A DNA stretch of 64,000 nucleotides from NCBI GenBank assembly GCA_013239625.1, contig MU053431.1, positions 62,001 through 126,000 on the forward strand. Reading direction: 5' to 3'. Below, piece after piece: positions 22,166 through 35,639 of this stretch. The stretch is from Lama guanicoe. Lineage: Eukaryota. Each line of letters begins with the position of its first letter. Position 1 is the stretch's first letter. The position numbers were made by a program, and so were the translations under genes. The notes under the pieces are model-generated. The model had not been told where the DNA came from. It made no database searches and worked only from the letters and a program-made list of their open reading frames with translations.

Positions 22166-23384
22166 GAGGGACCTGGAAATTGGTTGCAGTTTCCACTTCC
22201 TGGTCAGTGTATCTTCTCATGGGCACTGGCACTGCTACTGTTCTGGGTGGAGCCACACTTAGATGCATGTCAGAGGCATGGAGCAGTGTCTGTAACGAAA
22301 TGGGACAGTGCTCTGTGCTTCGTTCATGGTGTTTGGGCAGCATCTGATCACTTGGAGGGACTCACTCCCCTCACTTACCGGGGTGTCTGTTGGAGTGCAA
22401 GGAGGAGCCGGGCCGCCGTAGCCCCAGGGGCCTGGAGGAGCCTTCGTGTGGTAGTTGAGGGGTTTCCAACAGGAATGAAGCCTCTGGGGAGTGGTCAGAG
22501 GGGACCCCTCAGAGCTCTCTGCTGACCAACAGGAGAGGTGCTTAATACTGACTGAATGTTAGGTAAACCTTATGAATTTGAAAATTTGTAGGTCAGAAAA
22601 ATTCAATTCTAAGGTTGAACTAATACTTTGTGGAGCATGGGACATGTCCACACTCATTCTCAGCTCCCTCACTCTGTCTCCCTCTCAGCTAATGGGTGGT
22701 GGCCTCCCTCCCTGCGTGTCCTCTTACTCTCTCGCTGGTGTTGCCACTGCACTGGGTGTAGACGGTGTTTGTATCTGCAAACATGGGGATCTGAAAAATA
22801 TGATACTTCTTTATTTTCTTCTAACTGAATTGAATGTGAGTCCGAGGCAAAATCCTGGCAGGCTGGAGGGAAATTCAATCACAGACATTTGGAAGACCAT
22901 TTACTCTCCTTTTGGGGCACAAAAACCCTGGAGGTTGACGTGGAGTCAGGGAGCCTGTCTCCTTGACAGTGCGGTGCTCCTGCTGACATCCTGGAGTGTG
23001 ACTGCGTATCGTCTCTGGGAAAGGCACGGGCTTCCAGCAACTCCTGTTTTCTGTTCTCTTGCAAGTTATTACCTCAAAGGATTATCATTTCAAAAGTGTT
23101 TTTGAATAAACATTTCTCTCTGTGCTCCACGGGCCTCCCAGGTGAATGGATGAGTGATGGATCCCAGGTAAGGTCCTTGAGAGCGGAGGCCGTACCTGCC
23201 TCGTTCCCAGCTGCATCCCCAGAGCCCAGAGCCGTACCGGGTGCGTTGTTGGTGGTCAGTGACTGTCCGCTGGATGGATGATGGAGCGGAAAAGTGCCTC
23301 GGGGCTGAGTGGAAGAAGAAGTAAACCTAGTGCACGCAGTGCATTTGTATGATTTATCACGGAATATTTAAGGATGTGATCTCT

Positions 23385-24985
23385 TTTTAAAAGTGGATTT
23401 TATTGCTACATAACATACGTACGTAGGTGTCTATCAGTGGTACTTGGAGGGTTAATGAATGTGCAAGAAGGAGGGTTCATCAGCATCTCGGAAGCACCCC
23501 TCTGGCCCCTCCGATTACTGCCTCCTCGAAAAGTGACCACTCTCAGAAGGCCTCTCGCTAGGGTTCGCTCTGAGTGTCCTGAGCTTTATGAAGTGTGAGC
23601 ATAGAGTGTGCTCTAAGTGTCTGACTGCTTTTCCTCGCCAGCGTGTTTGGGGTGTTGATGTCATCGGAGTGTGTTTCCCTTCACTGCCCTGCAGTACTCC
23701 ACTAGGAGAAGAAAGTGATTTATCCGTTATGTCGCTGATGAACATCTGGGGTTCCTGTTATAACTGGTGTTGCTGTGAGCGTTCTTGCTTGTGTCCCTGG
23801 TGCACTGAGCACACATCTCAGTGGAGTACTGCCTAGGGTCTTGGATCACATGACCAGAAGCAGAGCCTGAGATGAGTATTGCTTGGCAGGTAATTTACGG
23901 AAAGAGCGCTCCTTGGAGGAACCTGCAAGGAAGTGAGGGGCAGAGGAGGAGCCTGGCAGGGAGCCAGGCCAGCCTGTACATTCTGCCAGAGTCCATGGCA
24001 GCCTCCTTCCATGGGGCTCTGGGGGATGAAATGGGCACTGCAGAATCACCCTGGAGGAATTTGTAACTTTTAACCAGCCAGGCATTGGCTGTGGGCCCCC
24101 TCCGAGGATGAGCACAGCATTGTGGGCATTTCCAGATGAGGCAGCTCCCATCGGTGAAGTCCTTCTCTGGAAAACTTGTGAACCTTCAGCAGCCAATAAT
24201 TACAGAATCTGGGAAATGGGCATCCTGGCCTGTAAATGTGATCAGGGTGGGTCGCCAATAGCAGCTCCCACACGAGAACTCGGGGTGGGCACCGTCAGCT
24301 TTAACGGCATTGCCAAGTTGTATCCAAAGTGCTCGTGCCAGTAGACACAACCACCAGCATCATGTGTGTGCTTCGGTTCCAAATCCTCACCAACACAAGG
24401 CACTGGCCAGCTTTTCCATTTTAGCCATGTTAACAGAATTACAGTAGTATCTCGTGTGATTTTAATTTGCATTTTTCTGATGACGAATGAGGCTGCATCC
24501 CTATTCTTAGTTTATTGCCACATGGATATTCTCTTTTGAGAAGTGTCTCAAGTCCTTTGCCAATTTTTCTGCTGGATTATCTGCTTTTTCCTATTGTATG
24601 AGTTCCTTATTTATTCTGGTCAGTACTCCTTGTCAAATACTTGTATTCGAAATTTCTTCTCCAACATTGTGGTTTGCTATTTAACTCCGTAATGTGTCAT
24701 TTGCCGAACAGAAGTTCGTACTTTAATAAAGTCCAATAAATCATCTTTGCCCCTTTGTGGTTTGTATTGTTACGTGTCCTCTTTAAGAAATCATTGTCTG
24801 GCCCAAGGCCCTGAAAATATTTTCTTTTATTGTCATCTAGAAACTTTGTTTTAATTTTCACCTTTAACAATTAGATCTATAGATCATTTGAAATTGAGTT
24901 TTGTCTATAGTGTGAGGCATGCCTTTGTCATGAATCAAGGAACCACGTATATGTGGCTGTTTCTCATACTTCGTGGGCTCTTTGT
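23385..24985 (-). mobile_element. Old L1 3' portion interrupted by an LTR
   Basis: 'agtagtatctcgtgtgattttaatttgcatttttctgatgacgaatga' is antisense ORF2 (MQIKITRDT). Confidence 0.7.
23826..24272 (-). mobile_element. LTR16/LTR33-like ERVL LTR nested in L1
   Basis: 'ccagaagcagagcctgagatgag...gtaatttacggaaagagcgctcc'. Confidence 0.55.
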
Positions 24986-24989
24986 CTAA

Positions 24990-25208
24990 TCCAGTAGTTC
25001 TCAACTGGGGATAATTTAGCCCCTTCCAAGGGACACTTTGCAGTTTCTGGAGATACTTTGTCACATGTGTGTGCGTGTGTACATGTACAACTGGCGTCTA
25101 ATGACTAGGGACCAGGGCTGCTGCAGAACACCCTGCATCACACAGGACAGCTCCATGGTAGAGTGATTCATCCTGATGTCAGGATTGCTGAGGTGGTGAA
25201 GCCTGGGC
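24990..25208 (+). mobile_element. MER20
   Basis: 'cagtagttctcaactggggataatttagcccc..agggacactttgcagtttctggagata'. Confidence 0.8.
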
Positions 25209-25339
25209 TGTCCCTGCACAGTGCCATGCTTAGCATTGTCATGCCCCTCCTTTTGGACCCGTGAGCCTCCAGTTTCCTGCATCTTTCCAAGCCTGCTGTG
25301 GCTCTTCTTTTGCTTTGTCTGTCCACCTGCATCTTTAAA

Positions 25340-28300
25340 CCAGCTTGTCTGTTTCAAAAAAGTCCGCTGGAATTTTTGTATAAGCTTGGATCAGATCTGT
25401 ATCAACTTGGGAAAATTTTCGCCTTTCCAATAACAAGTTTTATAATCCATGAACATGATTTATTCTTCTGTTTATGTAGCTCTTTTAGATTTTCTATGAT
25501 TTTGTTAATTTTTTTGTATTTTTCTTTATAGGTGTCTTGCATGTCTTTTGTTAGATTTATCTTAGATATTTGATATTTTTGCTGATATTATAAATATTGT
25601 CAGTTCTTTCCATTTCAATTTCTAGCTACTCGTTACTGACATATAAAATGCAGTTGCTGTGGGGAGGGTATAGCTCAAGTGGTAGAGTGCATGCTTAGCA
25701 CGCATGAGATCGTAGGTTCAATCCCCAGTACCTCCTCTAAAAAATCAATAAACCTAGTTACCCCCCCGAAAATGAAGAAGTAATTCAGTAATAAATACAA
25801 TATTTTTAAAAAGTAAAATAAAATGCAATTGCTTTTGTATATTGACATGTCTGTGGAAGCAATACTGAATTTTTAAAATAATTCTGTTAGCTAAGTGTAT
25901 TATTTTGGGTTTTCTACATAACAGTATGAAGTGTGAGAATTGACTTTCTCCTTTTCAGTTCTTACGGTGTTGTATGTATGTATTCTTACTGCCTTTGATG
26001 AGACCCCCAGTAAAATTTTGAATGATGACTGTCATTGTCTTGTTTCCAGACATGGCAGGAAGTTTTTAGTATTTCCCCATTGCATTATCCTTGCACCTTT
26101 CCTTGCTTTGAGTCAGTCTGCTCTCTGACTAATGCAGTTAGTCTTCTGATTAGCATCAGCGTGGTATATTTTTCTGTATATCTAAAGTGGTTTCTTGCTG
26201 ACAGCACAGTGTTGGGTCTTGTTTTCTGATCCACTCTGATGACCTCTGTCTTTTAATCGGTGTGTTTTGACTGTTGGTGTTCAAAGTGATCGCTGATACT
26301 GTTAATTGATATGGTAGATAATGTAGTTAATATTCACCACAATTATTACTATTTTCTGTTTATTACCCTTGTTCTTTGTTCCTGTCTTTGTCTTCCCATA
26401 TTTTTCTGTTTTTTGTGGTTTTAATTGAGCACTTTGTATGATTCCATTTCTCTCCTTTCTTAAAATATTAGTTACAATTCCTTTTTTATTTTTGTTAGTG
26501 GCTGCCCTAGAGTTTGTAATACACATTTACAACTAAAACAGGTCCACTTTCAGATAACACTGTCACTTCAAGCAAGTACCTTATAATGACAAAATAATCC
26601 TACTTCTCCCTCCCATCCCTTGTATCATTGCTGTCATTTATTTCACTTGCACATAAGCATACGTAAGTGTGTATTCACATATTATGTATAATGCATGCAT
26701 ATGGCATAGTCAAATACATTGTTGCTATTATTATTTTGAACAAACTTATCTGTTAGATCAATTAAGAATAAGAAAAATAAAGGATTATATTTTACTTTCA
26801 CCCATTTTCTTCAATTCTCTTTCTTTATGAAGATCTGAGTTTCTGATCTATATTATTTTCCTCTCTTTAAAGAAATTCTTTGAACATTTCTTACAAGGGA
26901 ATTCTACTGGCAGCAAATTCACTCAATTTTGTTCAACTAAGAAAGTTGATTTCTCCTTCACTTTTGAAGGACAATTTCACAGAGTATAGAATTCAAGGTT
27001 CAGACCATTGGTGTTTCAGCTCTTTTCTTTCTTACATGTACATTTAAGACGTAAATTGTCTTCTAAGCATGGCTTGGGTGCATGCCACACATTTTGATAC
27101 ATGTTTCTATGTATGTGTGTGTATATATATGTATGTAAATTGTTTCATGCACATTTGAAAAGTATGCGAGTTCTGCAGTTGTTGTGTGCAGTATTCATGT
27201 AAATTCGGTCACGTTTGTTAACGACAGTGCAAAAAGCTTTTGTGTCCCTTTTGGATTTTGTCTGCTTATTCTATTTCCTGAGAGGCATGTTAAGACCTAT
27301 CAAAGCAGTTGTAGATTTTCTGTTTCCTTCTTTATTTCTATCAAGGTATGCTGTACATATTTTGAACATATGCTAATTAGGTACATGCAGATTTCAATTT
27401 GTCACATCTTCCTGAGAGATTCTTTCACCACTGCAAGATGCCACTCTTTATTTCTAGTAATGCTTCTTTCTAGAAAATTGACTTTGCATGGTATTAGTAT
27501 AGTAAACCTCCCGGCTTTTGATTAGTTTGTGTATATATCTTTTTCCATGCTTTGATGTTCAATTTGTCTGTATTCTTATGGAGAAAGTGAGTCTCTTTCA
27601 CAGCACAAATTTGAAAAAAAAATCCAATCACACATTACTTTTTAACTGGCATATTTAGTTGACTTACATTTTATGTTAGTACTGACATATTTGAGTTTAT
27701 ACCTACAATTGTACTATTTGTTTTCTCTTCCAATATTTTACCTTTCTGTGTTTCATTTTCTCTTATTTCCTGCTTTCTTTTATATTAATCCTTTTTTTTA
27801 TCATATATCCCCCTTTTCAGCTTGTCATGCATTCCATTGCTATTATTTTAATAGTAAAACTAGATGCTATAACGTGCATCCCTGTGTCCTTACTGTGTAC
27901 TTGTCTAATATAATCAGCACTTTCACCACTTCCAAGATGACTCAATTATCATAGAACAGTTTTACTCTACTTAACCTCTTGCCTTTCATGTTATTGGTAT
28001 ATTTTATTTCTAAATACATTTTAATGCCGCTAGGCGGTATTATTCTGTACCCTTAGTGATTCTTGAGCTTGACCCATATATTTACAGATTTATTTTTGTT
28101 CCTGAATCTGTGCATGGGGTCATTTTACAATACCTATAGATACCTCTTTCATATTTCAATTAGGTCTGCTGGTTTTTGTTTGTGAAAGTCTTTATCTAGT
28201 CCTCACTTTTGAATGATAGTTTCGCTGGGTAGAAACTTCTAGGTTGGACATTAGTGTCTTTGACCACTTTACAGGCGCTCCTTTTTCTACTGGATTCCAT

Positions 28301-28660
28301 GGTTTCTTTTGAGAAGTCGGCTGCCTTGCTGTTTGCTCCTTGAAGGCAGTGCTGCTTACATTCCTGGCAGCCTTTCTCTTTGTTTTAGGAAGCTAGATGT
28401 GGCTTTCTTTCTATTTATCCTACTTGTTAGTCTTATTGCTACTTCTTTGAAATAATGTGGTTTATTTTTTCTGGTTGCTTTTAAGTTTTTCTCTTTGTCC
28501 GAGACTCTCAATGGTTTCATTAAGACATTCCTGGATGTGGCTTTCTTGTTATTTAACATTCTAAAGGTTCATAAAAATTTTGAATATATGATTTTATAAT
28601 TTTTTATCAGTTTTGGAATGTCCTTGGCCATTACTTCCTCAAATTGGGCTTCACACCCCT
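25340..28660 (-). mobile_element. Mosaic of old L1 fragments
   Basis: Continuous T-rich antisense L1 text; ORF 28356..28559(-) has ORF1-like 'DKEKNLKATR..IRLT'. Confidence 0.7.
25661..25817 (+). mobile_element. tRNA-derived SINE (camelid Vic-1-like) with 16-bp TSD
   Basis: ggggagggtatagctcaagtggtagag (A box)...ggttcaatcccc (B box), A-rich tail; TSD ataaaatgca(g/a)ttgct at 25643-25658 and 25818-25833. Confidence 0.85.
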
Positions 28661-28675
28661 CCCCCCCGTTGGGAC

Positions 28676-29631
28676 CCTAGTTATATATGTGCTTAATCGT
28701 ATAATCATACATGTAATTTCTGTTCATCCCCCCCCCCCTCACACTTTAGTCTGGGTGTTTTCTTTGTTCTTCTCCAGTCCTCTTGGCCTCTTTTCAACTG
28801 TGTCAGATCTGTAATCAGACTCATCTCTTGAATATGTGATTTTGGTGATTGCATTTTGTGCTTGCCTCCTCTCCAAGATCTTGGGTCTACATGACTTGAG
28901 AGCCTTGGTATCCTAGAATACCAGCTTATTTCCCAGCCCTCCAGCACTGCCTGGAGCCCTGCCTGGCTCCTGCTTCCGGCTTGGCTTTCTGCTCTTGTTC
29001 TCAGCTTGTGTCCATACTCCTTGCAGCTTAACAGAAACCTCACAGGGAAAGAACATTGTGGTAGATTGGCCTCTCCCAAATGTGTTTTCCTTTCCTCTGG
29101 GACCTTTGGCCATTCATCTTTGTTTGGTAGTTCTCTCTCTCATCTTGGGGGAGACCTAGTTATATATGTGCTTAATCGTATAATCATACATGTAATTTCT
29201 GTTCATCCCCCCCCCCTCACACTTTAGTCTGGGTGTTTTCTGTGTTCTTCTCCAGTCCTCTTGGCCTCTTTTCAACTGTGTCAGATCTGTAATCAGACTC
29301 ATCTCTTGAATATGTGATTTTGGTGATTGCATTTTGTGCTTGCCTCCTCTCCAAGATCTTGGGTCTACATGACTTGAGAGCCTTGGTATCCTAGAATACC
29401 AGCTTATTTCCCAGCCCTCCAGCACTGCCTGGAGCCCTGCCTGGCTCCTGCTTCCGGCTTGGCTTTCTGCTCTTGTTCTCAGCTTGTGTCCATACTCCTT
29501 GCAGCTTAACAGAAACCTCACAGGGAAAGAACATTGTGGTAGATTGGCCTCTCCCAAATGTGTTTTCCTTTCCTCTGGGACCTTTGGCCATTCATCTTTG
29601 TTTGGTAGTTCTCTCTCTCATCTTGGGGGAG
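28676..29631. repeat. Near-perfect 478-bp tandem duplication
   Basis: 28676-29153 vs 29155-29631; I see only C11 vs C10 and one T>G difference; duplicated ORFs in the ORF track. Confidence 0.95.
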
Positions 29632-30049
29632 GGAAGCATAGTTTTGTAAAATTCAGCTTTTCTGTATATGTATTTTATCTAGTTTTACAATAAAAGGTTT
29701 ATCTTGCTGCAGAGTAGTCCTTTATACCCTTAACCAGATGATAAAATAAATCATCTTAATCACCTGATACCCTTTTATAACATAATATTCTATGTGCAAG
29801 TCAAACTTTTTGTTGTAAGCAGTGGAAACTGACCCTGGTTAGTGTAAGCAAGTGCAAAACAAACCAACCAAAAACGTAGCCTCTGGGGTAGGCACTAGCT
29901 TTATCCTCACTGTGCTCCTGAAGATCTGAGACTCTGGAAGGTTGAATAGCATCGTACAGAAGGTAGGTAAGGGGGTGAGATTCAAACCCATGCTCTCTGG
30001 CTCTGAAACCCTGCTGTGTACAACTACTCCCTAGTAATAATTCACATGC

Positions 30050-30540
30050 ATTTGTAAGAAATAACACACAGAAACCCTGTACATTCAGCTTCCCTCAGTG
30101 GTAACATCTTGAAAAACTATAGTACGACACCAAGATGAGGATGTTGACATGGATACAGTGAACCAGCTTCATTCATTCTTCACCAGTTTCATATGCATCC
30201 ATCTGTGTGTGTGCATTTCATCCTATGTAATTTTGTTTCCTGTGTGGATTCATGTGACCTCTGCCACAGTCAAGGTAGAGAATTTTCATCACAAGGACCC
30301 TCTTGCTACTCTGTTAAAACCATGGATACTTCTCTTCCCCTACCAACCCCTGGCAACCACTGATCTGTTTTCTATCTCTATAATTTTGTCATTTCAAGAA
30401 TGTTATATAAATGGAATATACTATGTAATCTTTTAAGATTGACTTATCACTCAACATAATTCCCTTGAAACCCATCCAAGTTTTTGCATGTGTTAATAAT
30501 TCACTCCTTCTCACTGCTGAGTGGTATTCTACATGGGTTT
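30050..30540 (-). mobile_element. L1MC/MB-type 3' end
   Basis: 'cccctggcaaccactgatctgttttctatctctataattttgtcatttcaagaatgttatataaatggaat'. Confidence 0.75.
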
Positions 30541-30791
30541 AACTTTAGGACTGAATAAGATACACTTACGTGAACTGCTTAACACAGTTGAGTACCACAT
30601 AGCAGGGCATCCCGTGGTAGGAACTCGTGCTGTTTCTCCAGGCAGAAACATGAGGTAATTTCTAAAGATTGACTTCGGTTACACATGCAGCTTTAGAACT
30701 TGAAGTGATCCAAGCACACTAACACTGTGCTAAGTGTTTAGCTATGAACAGTGTTTGGAGGCTGAATTGAGGCCCTCTTCCTGTCCTCCAG

Positions 30792-31004
30792 GATTTAGAA
30801 ATGCTGGCACAAGTTGGCTTTGGAGAAATAGGAAGTCACCAAATTCCCTGGCAAAGCTGGCTGAAGAGGCAGACAGGAGGGTGCTCTGCTGGGGCCTGAT
30901 TGAATCTATCGGCACATCTAAGGGGAGCTTGTGCCACTCGGAGAAGGCCTGGTCTGCCTGGGAAGCACAGCGAAGTAGGAATACTACTGGCAAAACACAG
31001 GATG
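30792..31004 (+). other. Candidate coding exon, 213 nt, open in phase 1-1
   Basis: Acceptor 'ccctcttcctgtcctccag'; donor G|GTTGGT; frame of ORF 30734..31123. Confidence 0.35.
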
Positions 31005-31789
31005 GTTGGTTCGGGGCCTCTCTGAGGGGCAGAGGGAGCTTAATCACTGGGGCGGCTTCTGCCCGGAGTGGCAGAGCCTGCCCTGTGAGGCTGACACATC
31101 TTCTGGGCCTAGTGACACCCTGACCTCGGCCCCAGCCCTGCCTGTTTGCACTGCAGGCTCCCCGGGCAGGTTGCTGATGGCTCTGACACCCGCCTCCGTC
31201 GGTCTGTCTGCAGGGGCACTGCAGGAGTCCCAGGGGCTGTAACCTTTGGTTCTCGGTAGGAGTTACTGCTCACTGTCACTGCTCAAGTGACATTCTGAAT
31301 ACGACTTGGCTCCTTAGGTCTGTGGTGAGGAAATGGCTTGGTCATGCAGAGGCAGAGCTTCCAGTGACCACAGTGCCCGGCTTCCTGGGGCATCTTTTGT
31401 GTGCACCGTCTTGTGCTGATCCTCACTTCAGTCCTGTGAGGTCTGATACCCGTGGTTGAGGATCCTTGGCACCTTTAGGTTTCTCTGTGGGCTTTGCTCC
31501 CTCCATCCACGGCTAGCAGGTAGCAGAGCTGGGATTTGAACCCAGTGCAGCCTGACTTCCAGCCTGGTTCTCAGCCGTAGCAACTGAGCTGAGTTACCAC
31601 AAGCTGAGAAGTTGGCATTTGGGTCTCATGCTTCAGCTCTCAGTGAGCTGGCAGAATCAGCGTTTGATTTGTAAACCGATGGCCGCAGCCTGGCCCAGGG
31701 TGACTCTGTAGGCTGAAGGGGACAATTGGAATAAGGACAGTAATCACTGCAGTGACAAGAGTAAGAGTAAAACTGCCAGTGCTTCTCGA

Positions 31790-31995
31790 GTGACTGAGCC
31801 AGTACTGCTCCTCGTGCTTTACCTCTGTTAACTCATTAGTCCTCAAAACAAGCCTTTGAGATAAAGTAAGATTGTTAGCTGCATTTTACAGACGAAATTG
31901 AGGATCAGAGAGATTAGGTGAGTCGCCCAAGGTCACACAGTGGTGAGTAACAGGGCTGGGATTCCACCTGGACAGCCGTGGTCCTGAGTGCCCAC
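31790..31995 (-). mobile_element. MIR SINE
   Basis: 'cattttacagacgaaattgaggatcagagag...tcgcccaaggtcacacag'. Confidence 0.75.
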
Positions 31996-32680
31996 ACCTT
32001 GTCCTTGAGTTGTGCCGTCCTTTTCACGACCAGTGGCCGCGATGGGGATCTTCCGCTACCCCGTGTTGGGTGCTGATCTGGGCACCCTGTGAGGTGGGCA
32101 CCACAGCCTCTTGCAGACGAGGAAGGTGAGATGCCCTGAGGGGCCCCAGAGGACTTCCAGCTGCCTCTTCCCAGGTGGGAAGAAATCATTTGACGTGGAA
32201 GTACGGGTTTGGGATCCTTGAGGGTTAACCAGGTCATAAACTCTGGTTCTGCAGAAGAGGGATCTAGTGGGAGCATGTCCCAAGGGCTTAGACACTCAGT
32301 GGGGAGACTGGAGAACCTGAAGCGGGGGACGGGACCGGCATGACCCAGGGCAGAGCTGGGGTCTGGGGACACATCATTCCCTCAGCTCAGCACACCTGGT
32401 GTGAATAAGGCTGCCTCTTTCCCCCTCGGTGTCATTCTGGTTAGCAGTCATAGCATGAGGGGAGGAGGGAGAGAGGGAGAGAACTCACTGAGATTGTCTC
32501 AGCTTGAATTCCAGTCCCCTACCTGCACCCCACCCCACTAAGCAGTGGTAGGGTGCCTTGGCTTATAGCCAATCCAAGGCTGCGCACTGGGAGAGAGTGA
32601 ATTCCCCTGGTCTTCAAAGAGAGGACTCTGGTGTTGCGTGGCCCACAGCCACCATGTTGAATAAAACGGAGGCGAGGCGA

Positions 32681-32829
32681 GGGGGGAGGGGATAGCTCAG
32701 TGATAGAGCGTGTGCTCAACATGCACGAGGTCCTGGGTTCAATCCCCAGTACCTCCATTAAAAAAAATAATAAATAAACCTAATTACCTCCCCCCTTCCA
32801 AAAAAATTAATTAAATAAATAAATTTTAA
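32681..32829 (+). mobile_element. tRNA-derived SINE (camelid Vic-1-like) with 18-bp TSD
   Basis: gggatagctcagtgatagagcg...ctgggttcaatccccagtacctcc plus A-rich tail; TSD aaaacggaggc(g/a)aggcga at 32663-32680 and 32830-32847. Confidence 0.88.
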
Positions 32830-33110
32830 AAAACGGAGGCAAGGCGAATGCTTTGGGTGGGGCTGTGAAGGATACAGATGGTCTGTGATGCTGTTTATCT
32901 GGTTCTGCAGAAGAGGAATCTAGTGGGAGCATGTCCCAAGGGCTTAGACACTCTTCAGTAAATCCTCACAGTCCCCAGGAAAAATCAATTTTCCATAAAT
33001 TATGTTGAAACAATAAAAGCACTTGACCAAACTTTTAAAGGGAAAAAAATCCGTAATTATCTATTTCCTCTCACTTTTCATTTCCATGCCATCCTTTGTT
33101 TTCAAACCAG

Positions 33111-33432
33111 GTAAAATCCATGAAAAAAACCATGGAAATGAATTGGTCCTTGTTAGAAATGTCAGATCAGACAAAGTCCATTCGTGTGGAAAATTGCCTT
33201 AAAAATTGCCCAAGAGTTTACCCTAAAAATTGGGATGTCTCTGAAACTTTAAGAAGGTACAAGTTTATCAAAAAGAAAGGTAAAAAAGAGATGAAACAAG
33301 TTCAGATATTTCAAAAGGAAAAGGCTTCAAATAAGAAGGTTCCAAATGATTCCTTTGAGTCCCAAGAAAAGGCTATTTGTGGGGAGCAGTCTGCTGGAGG
33401 CACTTGCCCCCTTTCTGCTGTGGAGGTGAAAG
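33111..33432 (+). other. Candidate coding exon, 322 nt, open (VKSMKKTMEMNW...SAVEVK)
   Basis: Long pyrimidine tract ending 'ttttcaaaccag'; consensus donor AAG|GTGAGT; A-rich non-repeat sequence open for 107 codons. Confidence 0.5.
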
Positions 33433-35639
33433 GTGAGTATTTAAGGAGAGAGAACATCGTTGTTCATATTTATATCCGCCAAAGACCAAAGGCCAGGTAT
33501 TTTATTGGGAACAGCTGCTTTAATTTTCATAAGGCTTTGAAATTACCAAAAATGGGATGCTTTTGTTCACCATGAAATGCTCAAACTTTTCCGAGAAGGT
33601 GTAAAGTAAAGCCCCCAAAGAGAATGAGTTAGGGCAGCCCCTGTCGGCCATTACGCCCTGCCCCCAACTCCAACTAGTCAGGGAGGGGGCTGTGGCATTG
33701 AGCTTAGAGTTGTAAGACATGAAGCTTCAAGTAAGTCTTGTGAAAAGAGCTCCTAGTACATTGGTCCCCAGAACAACGACGACGACGACAGAAACAGTCC
33801 TGCGTAGTATTTTATTTAAAACAATGATTCTGTGCTCAGGGCAGAGCACCCCTTTCAGCCCCTTGCGGAGTGTGTCCATTAGTGGTCTGAGGTCTCTTAG
33901 AAGCCCTGCACAGGAGAAGCAGTCAGCTTTGTGAGGCCCAGTGGTTTTCAGACTTGCTGGACACATGTGTTTTGGAGATGCTCTTTTCCTAGATTTTGAA
34001 TTACCAGCTGGGCCCCCATCAAGGGAAAAGAGCTGGGGTGCTGATGCCTGCAGCCCAGACTTTCAGCTGCGAGCCCGCACCGCTTTGCTGAGGGGGCATA
34101 CTTCCCCAGCGCGTCGCGCTTCCCCGAGAGACTGAAGGGCCAGCGAGTCCATTTGGTTTCAGGCAGGATAGGATGGGACAATGTCACTGCACCTATCTTA
34201 CTTCAGTTTTGACACTACCATGAAAGTGCATTTGGCAGGACTTTTTAGGTAAAACAAACACAATCCAGCTCAAACAGGATTAGGCAAAGAAAAGAGGAAT
34301 GAACTGGCCGCAGGCCCGGCGGACCCAGGGACTGTCGTGCTTTTCTGTCTCTCATGCATCATGTTGGTTTCATTTCTAAGACGCCTCATACAGCAGGTTC
34401 TCTCCAAGTAACGACTAAGGTGGCTTCCAGCAGCTCCAGGCTCACATCCTACCAGCTCAGCACCCTCACCAGAAAAAGCATAAACGTAGGCAATTCCTAA
34501 AGCACTGTTAACCGGATTGGGTTGCGTGTCCTCCTCTGAACTAGTTACCATCATGGGTGGGGGCCGTGGGACCCGTTCCTGGAACTGGGGTATGAGTCAG
34601 CCTCATTCAAAAGGCGTGGTCTGAGAGTGGGGACTACGTGGGATCTAAAAACAAGACGAGGAGGCACATCCAGAAGATGGATGCTCAGCAGTGGCAGGGA
34701 TGTCCCTACATTAAGGCTGAGAAGTGGAAGATGAACTGCAGTTGAGAGCAATGACAAGATAAAATTCTTCCTACTGCCTGTCCAGTTGGAATGTCCCTGA
34801 AATGTGTGAAATCTGTGTTAAATGAATTAAAGAATGACCTGAGAAAACAGCTGGGAGCAAACTGTGGTCTATGTGGCAAGATGGCAAACTACTGGAAGTA
34901 GGCCCAGAAGCTGACTGCCCTCCACCACACTAGTTTGAAAATCAGAAGCTCTGACACCTGAGCTCCTGGGAGAGACAGGATGCCACAGAGTCTGGGCAGA
35001 AGGAGGTTAAGTTCCCACAAGATCAGCCGCAGCCCACCACTAGAACCCCAGGCTGATGCAACCTTCAGCCGCTGAGTACTGCTGGGCAGAGGGAGGGCCA
35101 GTGTAGGCGGGGCTCCCTGCTGGTGCCTGGGTGGCCCTGACCATGGAGGGGTGGGCACCACTTCCAGGAGCCGCTTGCCAAGGCGCACAGCTGTTCTGGG
35201 CAGGTAACTGTCCTCCTGACAAGCTGCCAGCCCTCGAGCCTCTCCAGACCAGGGCCTTGACTGCTTCGGGACCTGACTTGCTCTGGATATGCGAGGGCGT
35301 TCGTGTCCAGTGCTCCGTAGACAAGCAGGCTCTGGGTCTCCCAAACTCTGCTCTGACCTGGGCGTGATGTTTCCTTCTCCCAGGTCCCTTCTCACGATCT
35401 TCCACTTCACTGCCTCGCAGACCTGAATCCCAGCTGGAAGACCTGCGCTCTCCAGCTTTGCCTTTTCTGGGCCCATAGCTGTCTTAAACAATGATAGCTG
35501 GTGTGGCCCAGCCTGGATGAACGTAGGCTCCCTGGTCACTGACAAGTGGGTCCAAACTAGAGCTTTGTTTTTTGCCAGCCGTGTCTTTGGGAGAGAGGGA
35601 CTTAATTTTTTTCCTTTTCTTTCTTTCTTTCTTTCTTTT

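Noticed and set aside
25661..25735. tRNA gene (also 32685-32757)
   Set aside because: A-rich tails, TSDs and degenerate stems show these are SINEs.
34889..35545. 218-aa minus-strand ORF (similarly 44496-45050, 49956-50531, 51969-52496)
   Set aside because: No family resemblance; GC-rich and, for some, overlapping MER20 or L2 remnants.
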